Shown here piece by piece: positions 29,842 to 43,826 of a stretch of 64,000 bases of DNA. Made by a program: the position numbers and the translations under genes. Source of the stretch: the human T2T-CHM13v2.0 reference genome, Homo sapiens. The notes below the pieces were generated by a model, which saw only the letters and a program-made list of their open reading frames with translations, did not search any database and was not told the DNA's origin. Position 1 is the first letter of the stretch. Each line of letters starts with the position of its first letter. Location: assembly GCF_009914755.1 (NCBI RefSeq), contig NC_060927.1. One strand, written 5' to 3'.

Positions 29842-29911
29842 AGCTTTGTGCAGTGGCAGTATCGTAGCCAATGAGGTTTATCCGAAGCGCGATTATTGCT
29901 AATTGAAAACT
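29842..29911 (+). pseudogene. 3'-truncated, tailless U4 snRNA retropseudogene (nt 1 to about 70)
   Basis: agctttgtgcagtggcagtatcgtagccaatgaggtttatccgaagcgcgattattgctaattgaaaact matches the U4 5' half with 2 substitutions; perfect 15-bp TSD taaatctttgtagtt (29827-29841, 29911-29925). Confidence 0.96.
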
Positions 29912-32478
29912 AAATCTTTGTAGTTTACTTACATAGGCATATTTGTGACTGTGTATGTAATTCTTCCATTTTGGGGACTATTGTTATAATGAACACATTA
30001 CCAGAGCTCATATTTTGTTTATTCTCAACCTTTTTTCTTTCATTACAGTGTATGAACTAAGCAATGGACAAAACTCTAGATGCTGGACAGCATAGCAGAG
30101 GGGAAATTAACTTACACACTTCTTCCCTCTCCCATCTCCCTTCCAACTGCTAGTCACTAGTCACCTTTGTATTGTGAACGACTTGCAGTTTTGATGAGGA
30201 GTTTAGGAAGGGTACTTGGCATTATTAAGTGGCACTATGGTGACTAGAACAAGCACCAGTCTCTCAAAGTCTATCCTGAGCTGTCCCACACATTAGTTCT
30301 CTTTATACTGGGTAAATCAGTCACCTTCTTTATGCTAGTTCTTTTCAATGTAAAAAAAAAGGAATTTACCTAATTTATAATATCTTTTCCAGCCCTCAAA
30401 TATCAATTCTAAATTTAAAATAGGAAGCTAAAAATTAATTTCTAAAAATTGTTAATAAACTTGTGTTTGTTGAGATTTCACTCTTATCCATTTACACATT
30501 AAGGACTTAAACATATATGATCTCATTTAAATACAAGTAGGAAAACATAGAGGATCACCCTATGTAAGTAGATTTTTCTAGCTTTCTTAGCAAATTGGGA
30601 AATGAGAGTTGTTCTGCAAACAACAATCTGATAGCTAATGGCATTTATCTACATTTCTGTGTGTTTATATATTCTGTTCTCTCTTCTTTTTTGTTTATTT
30701 AACAATGTCAATGACTGTGTTTTTTTTTACATGTTCAATGTACAGATAATGACCTGTAGCATAATAAACATTTGTTGAACTGTTACAGATGAGGGAGAAA
30801 GGATGAAAATATTTAAGAATTTTTCTCATGACCACACAGATGGCTATGATACTTTATTCTCAGGATCTTAAGCCATTGTATTCTAGTTTTCTGGTCTTCC
30901 AATGAATTACCATTATTTACTATGTTGAATTTTTAATCCACAAATAATACTGTAAAAATTCTATCAAATATTCTGGACATTTTTGAGCCATAAAGCCATC
31001 TTACCATCTTCTTCCCTTTTGTGTGGAATTTTTGATCATGTGTGTTTCTGATAAAGATTCAGAGACATTGCATTCACATGAACATGTTTATCAGTGTATC
31101 TGAAGAAATACTAAGCACTGGAGATGCAGTTTAATAAGATCCACTAATATAATAATAATAATGTGTTGGCATTTACTGAACAGTTCTCTGTGCCAGCAAC
31201 CATTCTGAGTGTTTTGCTCATTGTTCTCGTTTAATAATATTGAATATTAATATATAACTGTTAGTATAGATATGATGAAAATACAGTATGCCGTATATGC
31301 AAATATAATAACAATATACAATAGCACTCTGAAGGTGATATCAAGATCCCAATATTACAGGTGAGAAACTGACTTCAGAGAGCTAAAGTGCATAATTAAA
31401 GTCAACAATGGTGAGTAGCAGAGCTAGAATTTAAACCCAGGCCCCAGATTTCTACTTAGATAAGTCTACCATGCTATCTGTATGGAGAGTTTTGTGAGAA
31501 TTATTGCTCTTCAGATTTGCTTATTCTATTAAATCACAATAAGATAACTTAATGATTGTATAGTTAGATGTGGTACTTTGATTAAGGCACTTTTACAAAG
31601 GCAAATAATAATTTCAAGTGAAATTAAATTTGCACACTCAACTTTTTAAAAAATACCTTATAAATGTGAAATTTGCTCACTGATAAATAGTTAACTTGAG
31701 AGAGAATTGTCATTTGTAAAATATTGGTCATAAATTTTGTTAAAAGAAACAGTTTTTCTATTTTTTTTCCAACTTGAAATCGCCCTTCAATTGATTCATA
31801 AATCAATTAATTACCATTGAGAGACCTGAGGGCAGCAGGAAATTGGGTCCAAGTTAAAAAGAAAAAAGAGGCAATTTGTTTTAAGTCTAGAAGTTTAATG
31901 TTCAATTGAAGTTTAATCAGAAGTGATCCATTGTTTGAAAAGTAGAACATCAATGTCTTTTTAATTTCACTGTCATTAAATTAGGACTGGAGAAAATCGA
32001 GATAACTGATTATTCTCAAATGAAAATTAAGGAAAGATGCTATCAGAAATCAACTAAAAGCATATTTTCTTTCTTTATATTTTAATTTACAAAGGAAATA
32101 GTCTGTTCTATGTTGGAGGTTGGATAATTTGTTGAAGTGAAGCATGGTATATAGTCTTCAGAGACACTCATTGAGAGACAAACTAAGCCATACATGTTTT
32201 ATCCACTGGGGCTAAAATAGTGGCTTTCTTTAACAACTATTCATTCAGTTAAATGGAATTTTTGCTTTAGTGAATTGCAGAATTAATTTAGTGCCTTTAT
32301 TGATTTCCAGTTGAATAAATGAAAAGAATGATTAAAATAAATGGATTTAGCTAAAGGAAAACATTGCCCTAAATTACAGATATTCCAGAAATATTCTTAG
32401 CCTTTGAAATTAAATCTATCTGTACTCCCTAGAAATACATAGAAAAATAAAGACTTGCATTTAGCCCTTGGTAAGTAG

Positions 32479-33978
32479 TAGCAGGAATAGAAATATATAC
32501 ATAATTTATCCAGCGACATCTGACTGTATTAATATGAAGTCATTCATATGTTGCCAAATGAAATCCCATGGGGTGAGCTACAGGAGAAGAGGGAAGGACA
32601 GTTGGGACAGATTTAAACAACCATTCATTTCTAGAATGGTGTCTGTCTTATTTCTGCACAATTTTACATATTGGGCTTAATATTTGACAAAAAGATTTTC
32701 AAATAACAATGAGTAGTACAGTAAGTGATAAAATCTAGATAAGCTGTTGTTCCTGGTTTCATTTCCCTGGGTGTTTTCACCCAGATTATGAAACATGAGG
32801 TCATGATATAAAGGTACTCTCTTCCTATTCTTGGCCAAAGGACCTTGAAGGGCTATAATATCTTTCTCAGGATTTGACGAATGTATTTGTTTCTTCTTAA
32901 CCCGATGTTTAGATTCTTTTGCCCTTAACTTTAAGACCTTTAAATCCCCCATTTCTTTCAGAGTTGATTAAATACAGCCCTGAGAAAAGCCCTGACTGAC
33001 TGTTAAACAGAAAGCTTTTCAAGAGGCTAACAGGCTCTGACCTCAAAAAAAAATGCTGTTGTTAAATTGACTTGAGGCTTTACCAGAGAGACCAGGTTTT
33101 ATTAATACTAAGACTGCATTAAAGTTTGGATTTCTTATGATTGAGACAATTTCTCCTCCTCACCACCCCAAATTTGAGAATATCATTTTTTCTTTTCCTA
33201 CCTTGCAATTTATTTGTGTACGTTCTGCATTCTCAATGATACATAAAATGTAATTTTGTATGTTAATAATTTTATTCATTGTGTTACCATGACGCTGGGT
33301 GTGGCACCTCTACCCCAGGGATAGCCGGGATCCACCACTGAGAGCTGAATCACTTACAACAAAATATGTTAGCAGAGTTGGTAAACAGCTAGGGCTCTGA
33401 GACTTTGGCGTGTCTTTCCCTCATCCATAATGACTCCTCCTGGACCCTCCTCCAGGACTTCAGATGACTGGGTGTTAAATAGTTATAGAATCATCTCTTG
33501 GTGTGTCTGATATGCAGAACATCTATCTCCCCAAAGAAAGGAGAGAAGCTAAAGAGAAAAGAGCTCTCAGTTAACCATTTAATGACTTAACGTTATGGTA
33601 CTAATTCCTTTACTAAACAGTCCAAACTCCATGTGAAAAGAAAGATATCTACTTGCTTACTAGTTAGTGAAATGATCCAAAATATTTTGGAAAGTTATAT
33701 TTTCATATGTTCTGTCTTAAAAATTGAAATACGATAAAGTAGTGCATAGACTTAAAATTACTGAAGAATGGGCAAGCGAAGATTTTAAATTACAACATTA
33801 TGCATCGTAGTGTATTTTATTCATGTCTGAAATTTATATGAAATGAACATACATTTTATTTTTTCTCACCTGAGATGATTCTCAACAATCATTACTACAT
33901 TATAATTTAGCAGGAATAGAAATGCATAATTTATCCAGGGACATCTGACTGTATTAAATATAAAGTCAATCATATGTT
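32479..33978 (+). repeat. Dispersed direct duplication of about 72 bp (32479-32552 and 33908-33978)
   Basis: tagcaggaatagaaat..cataatttatccag.gacatctgactgtattaa..aagtca.tcatatgtt in both copies. Confidence 0.88.
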
Positions 33979-34415
33979 TCATTTGGCTATTGTCTATAGT
34001 ATAGACAATGTATTTTCAAATGGTTAAGAGCACAGATAATGCCTGTGATGATTTCCTGGTTTTACTGCTTGGGCAAGATATTCGAACTCACTGTACCTCA
34101 GTTTCTTCATCTATAAAATTGGGATAATAATAACATTTACTTCACAGGATTTTTCTGAGGGTTAATTGAGCTACTATTACAATGTATTTTAGCATCATTT
34201 GCCATTATTCATAATACATAAAATATTTTTTCAATTCATGTTATAGAATACAAGGATTGACATAATCTCCCATACATTAGGATATATCCATCTATAGATA
34301 TTCTCTTTGGGGAATATCTGTAGGTAAACATATACCTTTTACACATCAGTGATTCTCAAGAGATATACAATATCCCACAATATACTGCTCTCACAAAGTA
34401 GGCATGCCAGAATCT

Positions 34416-34713
34416 GTCTCTTTTCTTTTTCCCAAGACGGAGTCTTGCTCCGTCACCCAGGTTGGAATGCAGTGGCACAATCTCAGCTCACCGCAACCTC
34501 CACCTCCGGGGTTCAAGCAATTCTCCTGCCTCATCCTCCTGAGTAGCTGAGATTACAGGTGCGAGCCACCATACCTGGTTAACTTTTGTATTTTTAGTAG
34601 AGACCAGGTTTCACCATGTTGGCCAGGCTGGTCTCGAACTCTTGAACTCATGATCTGCCCGCCTCGGCCTCCCAAAGTGCTGAGATGATAGGCGTGAGCC
34701 ACCACCCTCGGCC
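34416..34713 (-). mobile_element. AluS
   Basis: Reverse Alu; TSD ggc(a/g)tgccagaatct. Confidence 0.96.
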
Positions 34714-35841
34714 TGGCGTGCCAGAATCTCTTAAACAATCTAGATATTTAGTATTTATTTTTGAATGACACTTGGCTTGAAAATGTTTAGAAGCTCTAGC
34801 TTAAATTATAATACATATTTTATGATCAGATTATTTTTAAGTGTTGATAGCATTGTGACATTCTAGCAGGTAGTATTTAGCATATATATTGAAAACTCTG
34901 TTAAGCCTCCTGCCTATCAGAAAATCTGTATTATCTTGACATTTTGCTGTGTAGCTATTATATCTATAGAAAAGTGATTCAGGTTAGTGTTTTGTTTATT
35001 GTTTTGAAGTCATGAAACTGCCTACTAACCTTCTAAGGCTATTTATTATTGAAGGAGAAGAATATTTGGATATAGTGTTTTGAATATGAGTGCATGCATA
35101 AAACTCAGCTGATCAAGGTTGAAATTTCAGTCCTGACACAAGATATGCAACTATAAAAAATTAAATAAATTTGCTGAAAATCAATTTTTTTAATTTCTAA
35201 AACTGGCATGACAAAGGCCTAAAAGATTTAATAAGTACTTCTTAGATATTAATTAATTCTTTAGGACAAATGAAATGAATCATAAAACAGAAATTCTGAG
35301 ATTGACCTAGAATGCCAACTGTAAATTTACCAAGTAAGCAGGTTAGGACAAAACAAGTAAACAACAAAACAGCAATCTACTCTCAATTTATTTCATGAGA
35401 GAAGAAATATTTTAATATCAAAAGACAGCTGAAAACACAACTTCAGGAAAAAGGACAGCTCTTTGATTAGAATATATTTAGTTTTATGAAAAAATAACTT
35501 TCTGCATTATTATTATCATTGTCATTTTGTTATGCACTGAGCTACAGCACCACCCTATGAATTGGCATTTAATGACCACTGAATTAACTCAGAATAAGTG
35601 AGTCCTATGCTTGCATTAAAATTCTACCAATGAGTAGATGTATTTCATTAGGCAGATTTCTTCACCCTTGTAAGCCTCTTTCCTTAATCTGCATATTGGG
35701 AAAAATAATAAATACCTTTCTGAAAAAAATTGTTTGATGAATAAATAGTTCTAGACATTATTTTTAAGAATTTTACATATATTGTGTCCTGAAATCCCTA
35801 TGATGATTTTATGAGAGATAAAATTATTGGTATCCATTTTA

Positions 35842-36720
<879 letters not shown>

Positions 36721-37085
36721 TATTAAATCAGTAGTACTCACGTTTAAAAAATCTACATATATTTACATTATTCTGAATATAAACATTAGGTTTCTGGAGC
36801 AGAGATCAGAGTCATTACTTACATCTCATTTTTTTGCTCTTTCTAGAGTGAGGGAATAAGAGCCAGCTAGAAGAGATTGCATGCCATAGTACAATGTAGG
36901 AACTCTGAAAATATGAATCTGGGAGTGTATATGTGACACAGAATTCCTTCAGTGCCACTTCGCAAGCTGGAAATCTCTGCAATGCCGTGACCTCTGCCTG
37001 GGGCCTGGGGACCCCTGGGCTTGCTCCACCTGCTCAACCCAGCAGGCTGCACTCCCTTGTGCCAACTTGGATCCCAGACCCTCTG

Positions 37086-37719
37086 CGATTCCATGTTCAG
37101 TTTGTGGGTTTCTGTACCCCCAATATTGGGGTAATACAAGGGCTGTTGCAGGGTTTGAGGAGGCCCTGCATCCTCAAGTTATTGCCCATGGCTTCTAGCC
37201 CTTTCGTAGCTTCTGCTTTTAAGGGATATTGTCTTTGGTTAGGGAGGAGGTGGGACCCCTAAGGTAGATCTGGATCAGTATGGCGGTTGCGGTTCAGCGA
37301 ATTTTCCCTTGAGTTGCCCAAGCTTCTGGATTAATGTCTGAGTCCACCAAAGGGAGAAGAAGAATCTGTCCTGGAGTCATGAGGATGGTAGTTCCCATAG
37401 GAACTAAAATATCCCCACCTAGCAGAGGAGTTGGGCTTTCAAACATGATTAAAAAGGCGTGAGTAAAACAAGAGGTCTCCTCAACTACAACTAAGGCATT
37501 GGGAAAAATATCAGGTTAAAGGCTTTCCTGAGATGTCACTCACAGTCATGCTAAGGGAGGAGGGGAGGCCTGGATTGAAGAGGAGAACAGAAATGGTTAC
37601 TCTGGAGGAAGTCCACCTTCCTTCCTTCGACCTCCAGAATCACCTGGGACTCCTGGATGGTAATGGTGGTCTGAACCATTGGAGCTAGGGAGAGGAGTGC
37701 TGGGACCCATTTGGTCCTG
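37086..37719 (-). pseudogene. pol: Disrupted pro and the first codons of pol (RT)
   Basis: ITIQESQVILEVEGRKVDFL (protease N-terminus); minus strand QRQYPLKAEA.KGLE...QGLLKPCNSPCITPILGVQKP (RT N-terminus), then abrupt join to LTR. Confidence 0.82.
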
Positions 37720-38966
37720 CTGGACCATTTGAAAGACTGGCTCTGGACCCTGTGACTTGTATCTCGGGAACAGTCCACCCTCCAGTTGTCCCCATCACAG
37801 ATTGGACAGGGTGGAGGCGGCTTCCTCATGCTGCCTGGGCAGTCCTTCCTAAAGTGCCTTGGCTTGACACATTTGTAGCAGTTACCAGGTGCATCTCAGG
37901 GATTCTGGGGTTTGTAAGCCTGCCAGGCAGCCATTAGAGCCTCTGTCTTTTTCTTGCATCTATTTTCCCTCTCTTGGGCCTCCTCCCAACCCTATTCTAA
38001 AAGACTAACGTGGCCACTTTCAGAGCACTATCTGGTCCTATGGCCTGTTTCTGTAGCTTCCTCCTGATATCAAGGGCCACCTGAGTAATAAACTTGTACT
38101 TTAGGATTAAGTGTCCTTCAACTGAATCAGGAGCTAGAGAAGCTTTACCAAGGCCTCTCTCAGCCCTTCTGGGAAGGCAGTGAGATTCTCATCTGATCTC
38201 TGGTCTGTTGTGGATAGTTTGGAGTAATTGAGAGGCTTAGTTCTAGTCTTACGTAAGCCCTCCAGTATGCACACCTGAAAGTGTTTCCTCTTCCATTCTC
38301 CCATTTCATCATCGGGGTCCCATGTAGGGTCCTCCAATGGTACTGCTGTTCTTCCAATTGGATAAGGCTCATCCCCTTCCTTGGCACTATATGAGATAAA
38401 AAACTCATCCCCAAACTTCTCTGCTGCTTGCAGGGCAACCTCCTTCTCAGCAGTAGTCAGGGTTTGATTCAAAAGTAACATATTGTCCTTTCAGGAAATT
38501 TCAAATACTTGAGTTAAATTCTGGAAAGCCTCTATATACCTGTCACGGTTGTCTGAAAACTTGCCAGGAACCCCCTTAATTTGGCTTACGTCCTGTAGAG
38601 AAAAGGGGACCTGGACTTTAATGGGGACATATTCACAAGGCATCTCTTGTAGGAGCAGAAGTGAGGTCAGGACCTGCCTGAAACGAGGATTTCTAGGATC
38701 AGACAAGCTTGAGAGACAACCTGGGTAGGGAGAAAGGGGTGGACTAGGAGGAGTAGGACCAAAGGGAACTGATTCCCCTGCTGGAGACATCTCTGCAGTT
38801 TGCTTCCCTATTCCCTTGGGATTGCCCTTTGCAGCTTATAACTTGACCAAACCCTTATGCAAAGGAATATAAAGCATTTTTTTCCTCTAGGGTCTGAGAG
38901 TCAAAGGAGTTCTAGTGATTCAGCATGCACTTGAGGAGTGCAGGCTGAAGAAGGTTGCTTATTCAT
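37720..38966 (-). pseudogene. gag: Disrupted gammaretrovirus-like gag (HERV-W/9-related MA, CA, NC)
   Basis: Fragments KVQVPFSLQDVSQIKG..GKFSDN.DRYIEAFQNL; MLLLNQTLT..EK..ALQAAEKFGD; W..KHFQVCILEGLRKTR.KPLNYSKLS; zinc knuckle CPIC.GD.WR.DC. Frameshifted. Confidence 0.88.
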
Positions 38967-39567
38967 CTGGAAAGAGAGGGGAGAAAGGCATCCCTTAGTC
39001 GCCTTCCTCCTTTTGGAGTGACACAGGATGGAGGGAGAGAGAGAAAAGGTGTCCCTTTTCTTCTCTTTTTTTCCCTATATTACCAGGGTCCCAGCGCCCT
39101 TGCAAGTGCTGCCCAGGAATGTGAGTGCGAATTCCACCCATGAAGAGGGAAGGCCTAGTAAGTAGAGATAGTCACACTTACCTACACCGTGCCCTGGCTT
39201 TCCGCTGTTGGTAACCTTTGGGTTCCGTATACCTCATCTATACCATGGATGTGCACGAGTTCTCCACCCATGAAGTGGGAAGACCGAGTCAGAAGGGATA
39301 GTCATGCTCACCTGGGCTGTGCCCTAGCCTTCTACTGTTGACTGCCTCTGGATCCCTCAGATCTGATTTTCTTTTAGGGCTTCAGACTGAACCTTGGAAT
39401 AGAATCTGGGACAAAAAGGCGCCTCTGGAGGGTGTATGGAGCCATTAAATTTGTGCCAAGTGGCCCTTGCTAAATTGCAGCCAACAACTGGTGGAGCATC
39501 TCCTCCATTGCTTCCCTATCACAAGCAGTATGCTAAAGTGAAGCTGTTGAACCAGATTCTCCTCAGA

Positions 39568-39710
39568 CAAAAAAAAAGAGAGAAAGAGAGAAAGAAAGAA
39601 AGGAAGGAAGGAAGGAAGGAAGGAAGGAAGGAGAAGGAAAGAAAGAAAGAAGGAAGGAAGGAAGAGAAAGAAAAAGTAAGAAAGAAAGAAAAGCAAAGCA
39701 AAGAAAGAAT
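39568..39710. repeat. Polypurine (GAAA/GGAA)n tract in the ERV leader
   Basis: Direct reading. Confidence 0.95.
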
Positions 39711-40492
39711 GAATCCCAGGAATTGGGGACCTGCACTAACAAGATTGCCTCCCAAAAGGAAAAAAAAATAATCCATTGCATAGAAAACCTTCTTCTAGTA
39801 TTTGCAGGACTATGTTGATTCCTAACATGGTGGGAAAAAAAAAAAAAACAACTTAAATGCAGAGGAGGGAAGGTGCCTGGGGGAAATAGCCTCTTGCTCT
39901 ATGCTAATGGATTTTTTCAACAAGGGAAAGAAAACTCTCAATCATTATATTCTCCTTGCTTCTAAGAATAGACAGAAACCACATTGTTCTGAATTACACT
40001 CCTGATGACTGAGCCAAGTGCACATTCTACTCAGTTATATTGTCTCTGTGGTTTGCAACGACACCCTTAACATTGTATATAAGAACACATAGGAGCCCTA
40101 ACAGCCATAAAGGAAAGAAAGAAAATGTGATAGGAAAGACTGGAGGTCCTAGTGCTGACACCATAATGGACTGTTGGGGACTGAAGCCAGTCCAGGAACC
40201 TTCAAGTAATGCCAAGGTGTAGCTTGGGCCAGGACCTTATTCTGATCCCACGTGATGGCTAGACCTCTATGAAGCCAAACTGGATTGGAAAAAAGCCAAC
40301 ATGCCCAACCCCCCGAGGGGTGATGGAGAATTGACAAAGTCCTCCCCAGCAAGCCTCTCCTCCAAGTCTGAAAAATGGCAGGCACGCTACTCACTCTTAA
40401 CTGGCTTACAGGGGCGAGAATTTTTATCTCTTTTTGGAAAAAAAAAAAAATTGGAATTAAAAAGTAATAGGTTTGCACTTACCCTTCCACCA

Positions 40493-40510
40493 ATCCCAGA
40501 TGAGCCCCCA
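40493..40510 (-). other. Primer binding site, tRNA-Pro
   Basis: Minus strand TGGGGGCTCATCTGGGAT vs canonical TGGGGGCTCGTCCGGGAT (two CpG-type transitions), 4 nt from the LTR end; splice donor AAGGgtaagt just downstream (about 40477-40486). Confidence 0.9.
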
Positions 40511-40514
40511 GAAA

Positions 40515-41596
40515 TGACATAGGATTCCTTTGGTGCCACTTTGCCAGCCAGAAATCTCTGTGGCTGCTGCAACCTCTACCTGGGACCTCACTTGGGCCCA
40601 CCAGGCTCACTTCGCCCACTCGACCTGGCAGGCTGCACTCAGCTCTTGCTCGCTGGGATTCCGCCCCTGCCATGGCTCCACGCTTAGCACGCAGCTGAGC
40701 TGGGTGTGCTGCAACCAGCATCCACGTTGGGCGCCAGCGTCAAGATGAGGGGAATGCAATGGCACCCGAAAACTAAAAGAGATGCCAGCAATCACAGATC
40801 CCTAAGGGGTGTTACAGCTATAGCTCGGGGAGTCCCGGGGTCTCGGCCCCCAGAAGTTTTGCTGCTCTTTCTCCCATAGTCCACTGCTTGGGAGCATATT
40901 ACAAGCCCATTTATTCCTGCCACTCACAGATCGGCAGGCAGAAAGGAGTAACACTCAGTGGCTTTTTCACTCCCGCAATTCGGCGAGCAGGAGGGGGTGT
41001 GTTACAGCTCTCTTGTTCCTGCTGCCTGCAGCTCAGCGAACAGGGGCATGTCACAGCTCTCTTGTTCTTACCACCTGGAACGGGTACATGTTGCCGCTCT
41101 CTTCGTGCCTGCACATGTTGCCGCTCTTTTCGTGCCTGCAATCTGGCAGGTTACAGGTTCTTGTCCTGTGACCAAGAGAAATGAGGTATGCGGACACAGG
41201 ATAGCAAATAAGGAAGAATAGAAGTTTGAGTGAAAGAAGGAAAGTTTTCAGCTGCAAAAGGCGACCTGAAGTGGGTAGCCCTCAGCTTCAAGAGGGGACC
41301 CAAAAGCGGGTAAGTCTGTGAGGCTGTCTAGGGTTTTTATAGGTTTGGAATAAGGAGGCTCTGACCGGAGGTATTTTTGGAAAAGGCAACATTCAGTTGG
41401 TTAAAAAGCATTATTCGGAAACGACCAGTCAGGAAAGAGTGGGCAAACAGGAACAGAAGCTCTCACTCCGTCACGGATTCTACGTAAAACCGGCAGCTCG
41501 GTTTTCCGGCTTTAAACGGTCTTTGGCTTGAAGGTCAGGTTTCACTGGGGACCCGTTCCTGTCTGTCTAGGAATTTGTCTGTCTCCTGCGCTATCA
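40515..41596 (-). promoter_or_regulatory. ERV 5' LTR with TATA (41334-41341) and AATAAA (40910-40915) on the minus strand
   Basis: Minus strand reads cctataaaaaccc and caggaataaatggg; GC/CpG-rich; internal repeats of tgttacagctct. Confidence 0.75.
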
Positions 41597-41922
41597 TACA
41601 CATGTCACCATCACCCATTCCCCCTCCTAAGAGAGGGAGAGAAAGTTAATTTTCCTAAGGCAACAAATTCTACTTAGGAATAAAGGGAAAGGTCTGGGAG
41701 TACCTACCCTTTGCAATGTAATGTTACCTATGTTAGGCATTGTTATGAATGTAATATTTCCATGGTTCTGGGTTTTATACCCCTTTCAAGTGTAAACATA
41801 TACCTCCATCTAGGTAATTCTCTGGGTTTCTCCATCTATTCAGCCATTATTTAATTACCAAGGCTTGGCCTCTAATACAGTTTCCGGTAAAATTTCCTCA
41901 GAAAATTCTCCATGCGGAAATA

Positions 41923-42237
41923 CGGTTGGCCCTACATTTCTGCAAGTTCTGCATCCACAGATTCAACCAAGATTGGATCTAAAATACTTTCAAAAACACA
42001 ATAGAACAATACTACAATAAGAAAAATACTATAAATAAAAAATATAACAACTATTTACATAGTATTTACAATGTATTAAGTCTTATAAGTAATCTAGAGA
42101 TGATACAAAATATACTAGAGTGTGTGTGTAGATTATATGCAAATACTATACCATTTTATGTAAGGGAGTTGAGCATCTGTTTTGGTGCCCACAGGAGTTC
42201 TAGAACAAATTTCCCAAGTATATCAAAGGATAACTGT
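41923..42237. mobile_element. MER2-like Tigger MITE
   Basis: ttctgcatccacagattcaaccaa...gtaatctagagatgat...ttatatgcaaatactataccattttat...ggataactgta. Confidence 0.8.
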
Positions 42238-43249
42238 ACCTAAGTAGACACTGGCTGACAGTACAGTACACAGGCACTCAGCAAATTGTAGCTACAGAAA
42301 TTGCTATTATTGAACTCATAGTTTTCTAGATAACAGCTTCTTGACTTTGTTTCAGTTTCCTATTATTGCTACCACATACTAAAATTTTAAGTTCTTATTT
42401 TCATTTGCAATGCCAGAAGAATTAAAGGATAACAATATTATGTATAAATACATTTATTTTATAAATTCTTGAAATTTTCTGATATGTATTAACACTTATC
42501 AAATTAATAAAATATTTTTCTTTAGAACTGCACATATCCTTTGCCTTCCTTTTCTGTAGCTCCTAAGAAAGACTTCATTGATTTCATTAATAAAAAGGCA
42601 TTTATATTTAATACTCATCTAGTTGAGCCTTGGAAAGTGTAGAGAAACCAGAAAGGGAGGTCAAAGAATTCTGTGCCTCTATTCATTCAACAAGTGCCGT
42701 AAAACAGCTCAACTATCACTTAATTGATATACGTGACGAATTTTATCATGAATTTTAAAATCTTAAAACGAACTCTAGTGTATTCAGTTTCGTTTCACAG
42801 GCTTGAACACTTCTTATTTTTGTTTTGCAATTTCTATAGTGTTCTCTGTATTATCTGGAACTGACTGTCAACCTGGCTTTATCTGAGTACTTGACATGCA
42901 GGGTTATGGAGAGTAAGTAGCAGTAGATTGACGACGAAGATGTGAATTCCAGTCCAGATTCTGCCACTTACTAGCAGAATCTAGTCAGATAAAGCTTCTG
43001 AATTTCAGTCTTCTCATCCATAAAGTGAAGGTGATTGACAACAGTTTACTAATCTTAAATAGTTGGGACTATACCTGTATCCCTTATCTCATGTTCCCCA
43101 TAAATATGGGCACATACTATATATGAATAAAAATTAAAACTTAAACCACAATGTGTATTAAAGCATCACATAAAACCTTAAAACACTCAGTAAATTTTAA
43201 GAAATGATGGGATTAAGGAGACAGCAGACAAGGTTTTAGTAATCTTAAA

Positions 43250-43440
43250 CAGATGAGTAGGAGAGCAGATAAAAATTACCCATACCTGCAATAAAATAGA
43301 AGACATAACCTAGATCCCATTAAAAAGGTGATAAGAAGATGTTGTGAACAATTTGAAAACAATATATTGGACAATTTAGATGAAATAGACAAATTATTTG
43401 AAAAACAGAACTTAATTAAAACTGACCTAAAAAGAAGGGC
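43250..43440 (+). mobile_element. Old L1 ORF2 fragment
   Basis: gacaatttagatgaaatagacaaattatttgaaa is typical of L1 ORF2. Confidence 0.65.
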
Positions 43441-43826
43441 AAGAAGGATCTCTTTAGGATAATAGAAATGTCCCATAGAAAGGTTGTTTTACGTTGAGGG
43501 ATAATTTATGCATAAAAAAATGCATAAATCTTAATTTTTAAGTTAGATATCTTTTGACAATTGTATATCCATGTAAACACCATCCAAATCTAGAAAACCG
43601 AATTTATTTGTAGCTAACCCATAACTATTTAGTTAATACAGCTTTTATTTGTGCCTTACCTAAAGGTTCTTTTATAAATGTAAAATACTTCCATTTTATA
43701 GTTAGTCCTGAACAGAGGAGAAGGAAGACAAATGTCTGAACTGGAATTAAAATCTTGAGGTCTGCTCTTAGAAGCACTCTTCCAAGCTTTAGTTCAGAAA
43801 TCTTATTGAAGGCATGGGGATTATAG

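Larger units (their letters stand above)
36934..41596 (-). mobile_element. Internally deleted ERV1 provirus, HUERS-P type (LTR28/LTR1-family LTR)
   Basis: 5' LTR 41596-40515 (TGATAG...TGTCA), tRNA-Pro PBS, leader, decayed gag-pro and RT N-terminus, then only about 150 bp of 3' LTR U5 (36934 to about 37085) similar to 40515-40660. Confidence 0.9.

Noticed and set aside
38134-38481. Possible domesticated Gag capsid protein
   Set aside because: Only a 115-aa fragment between frameshifts and stops; no sign of preservation.
39130-39345. Two copies of a unit of about 130 bp (ccacccatgaag...gatagtca...gtgccct)
   Set aside because: Leader repeats like this are typical of this ERV class, so not specific to the locus.
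39436-39781. K/E/R-rich and F/L/S-rich ORFs
   Set aside because: Produced by the (GAAA/GGAA)n tract.
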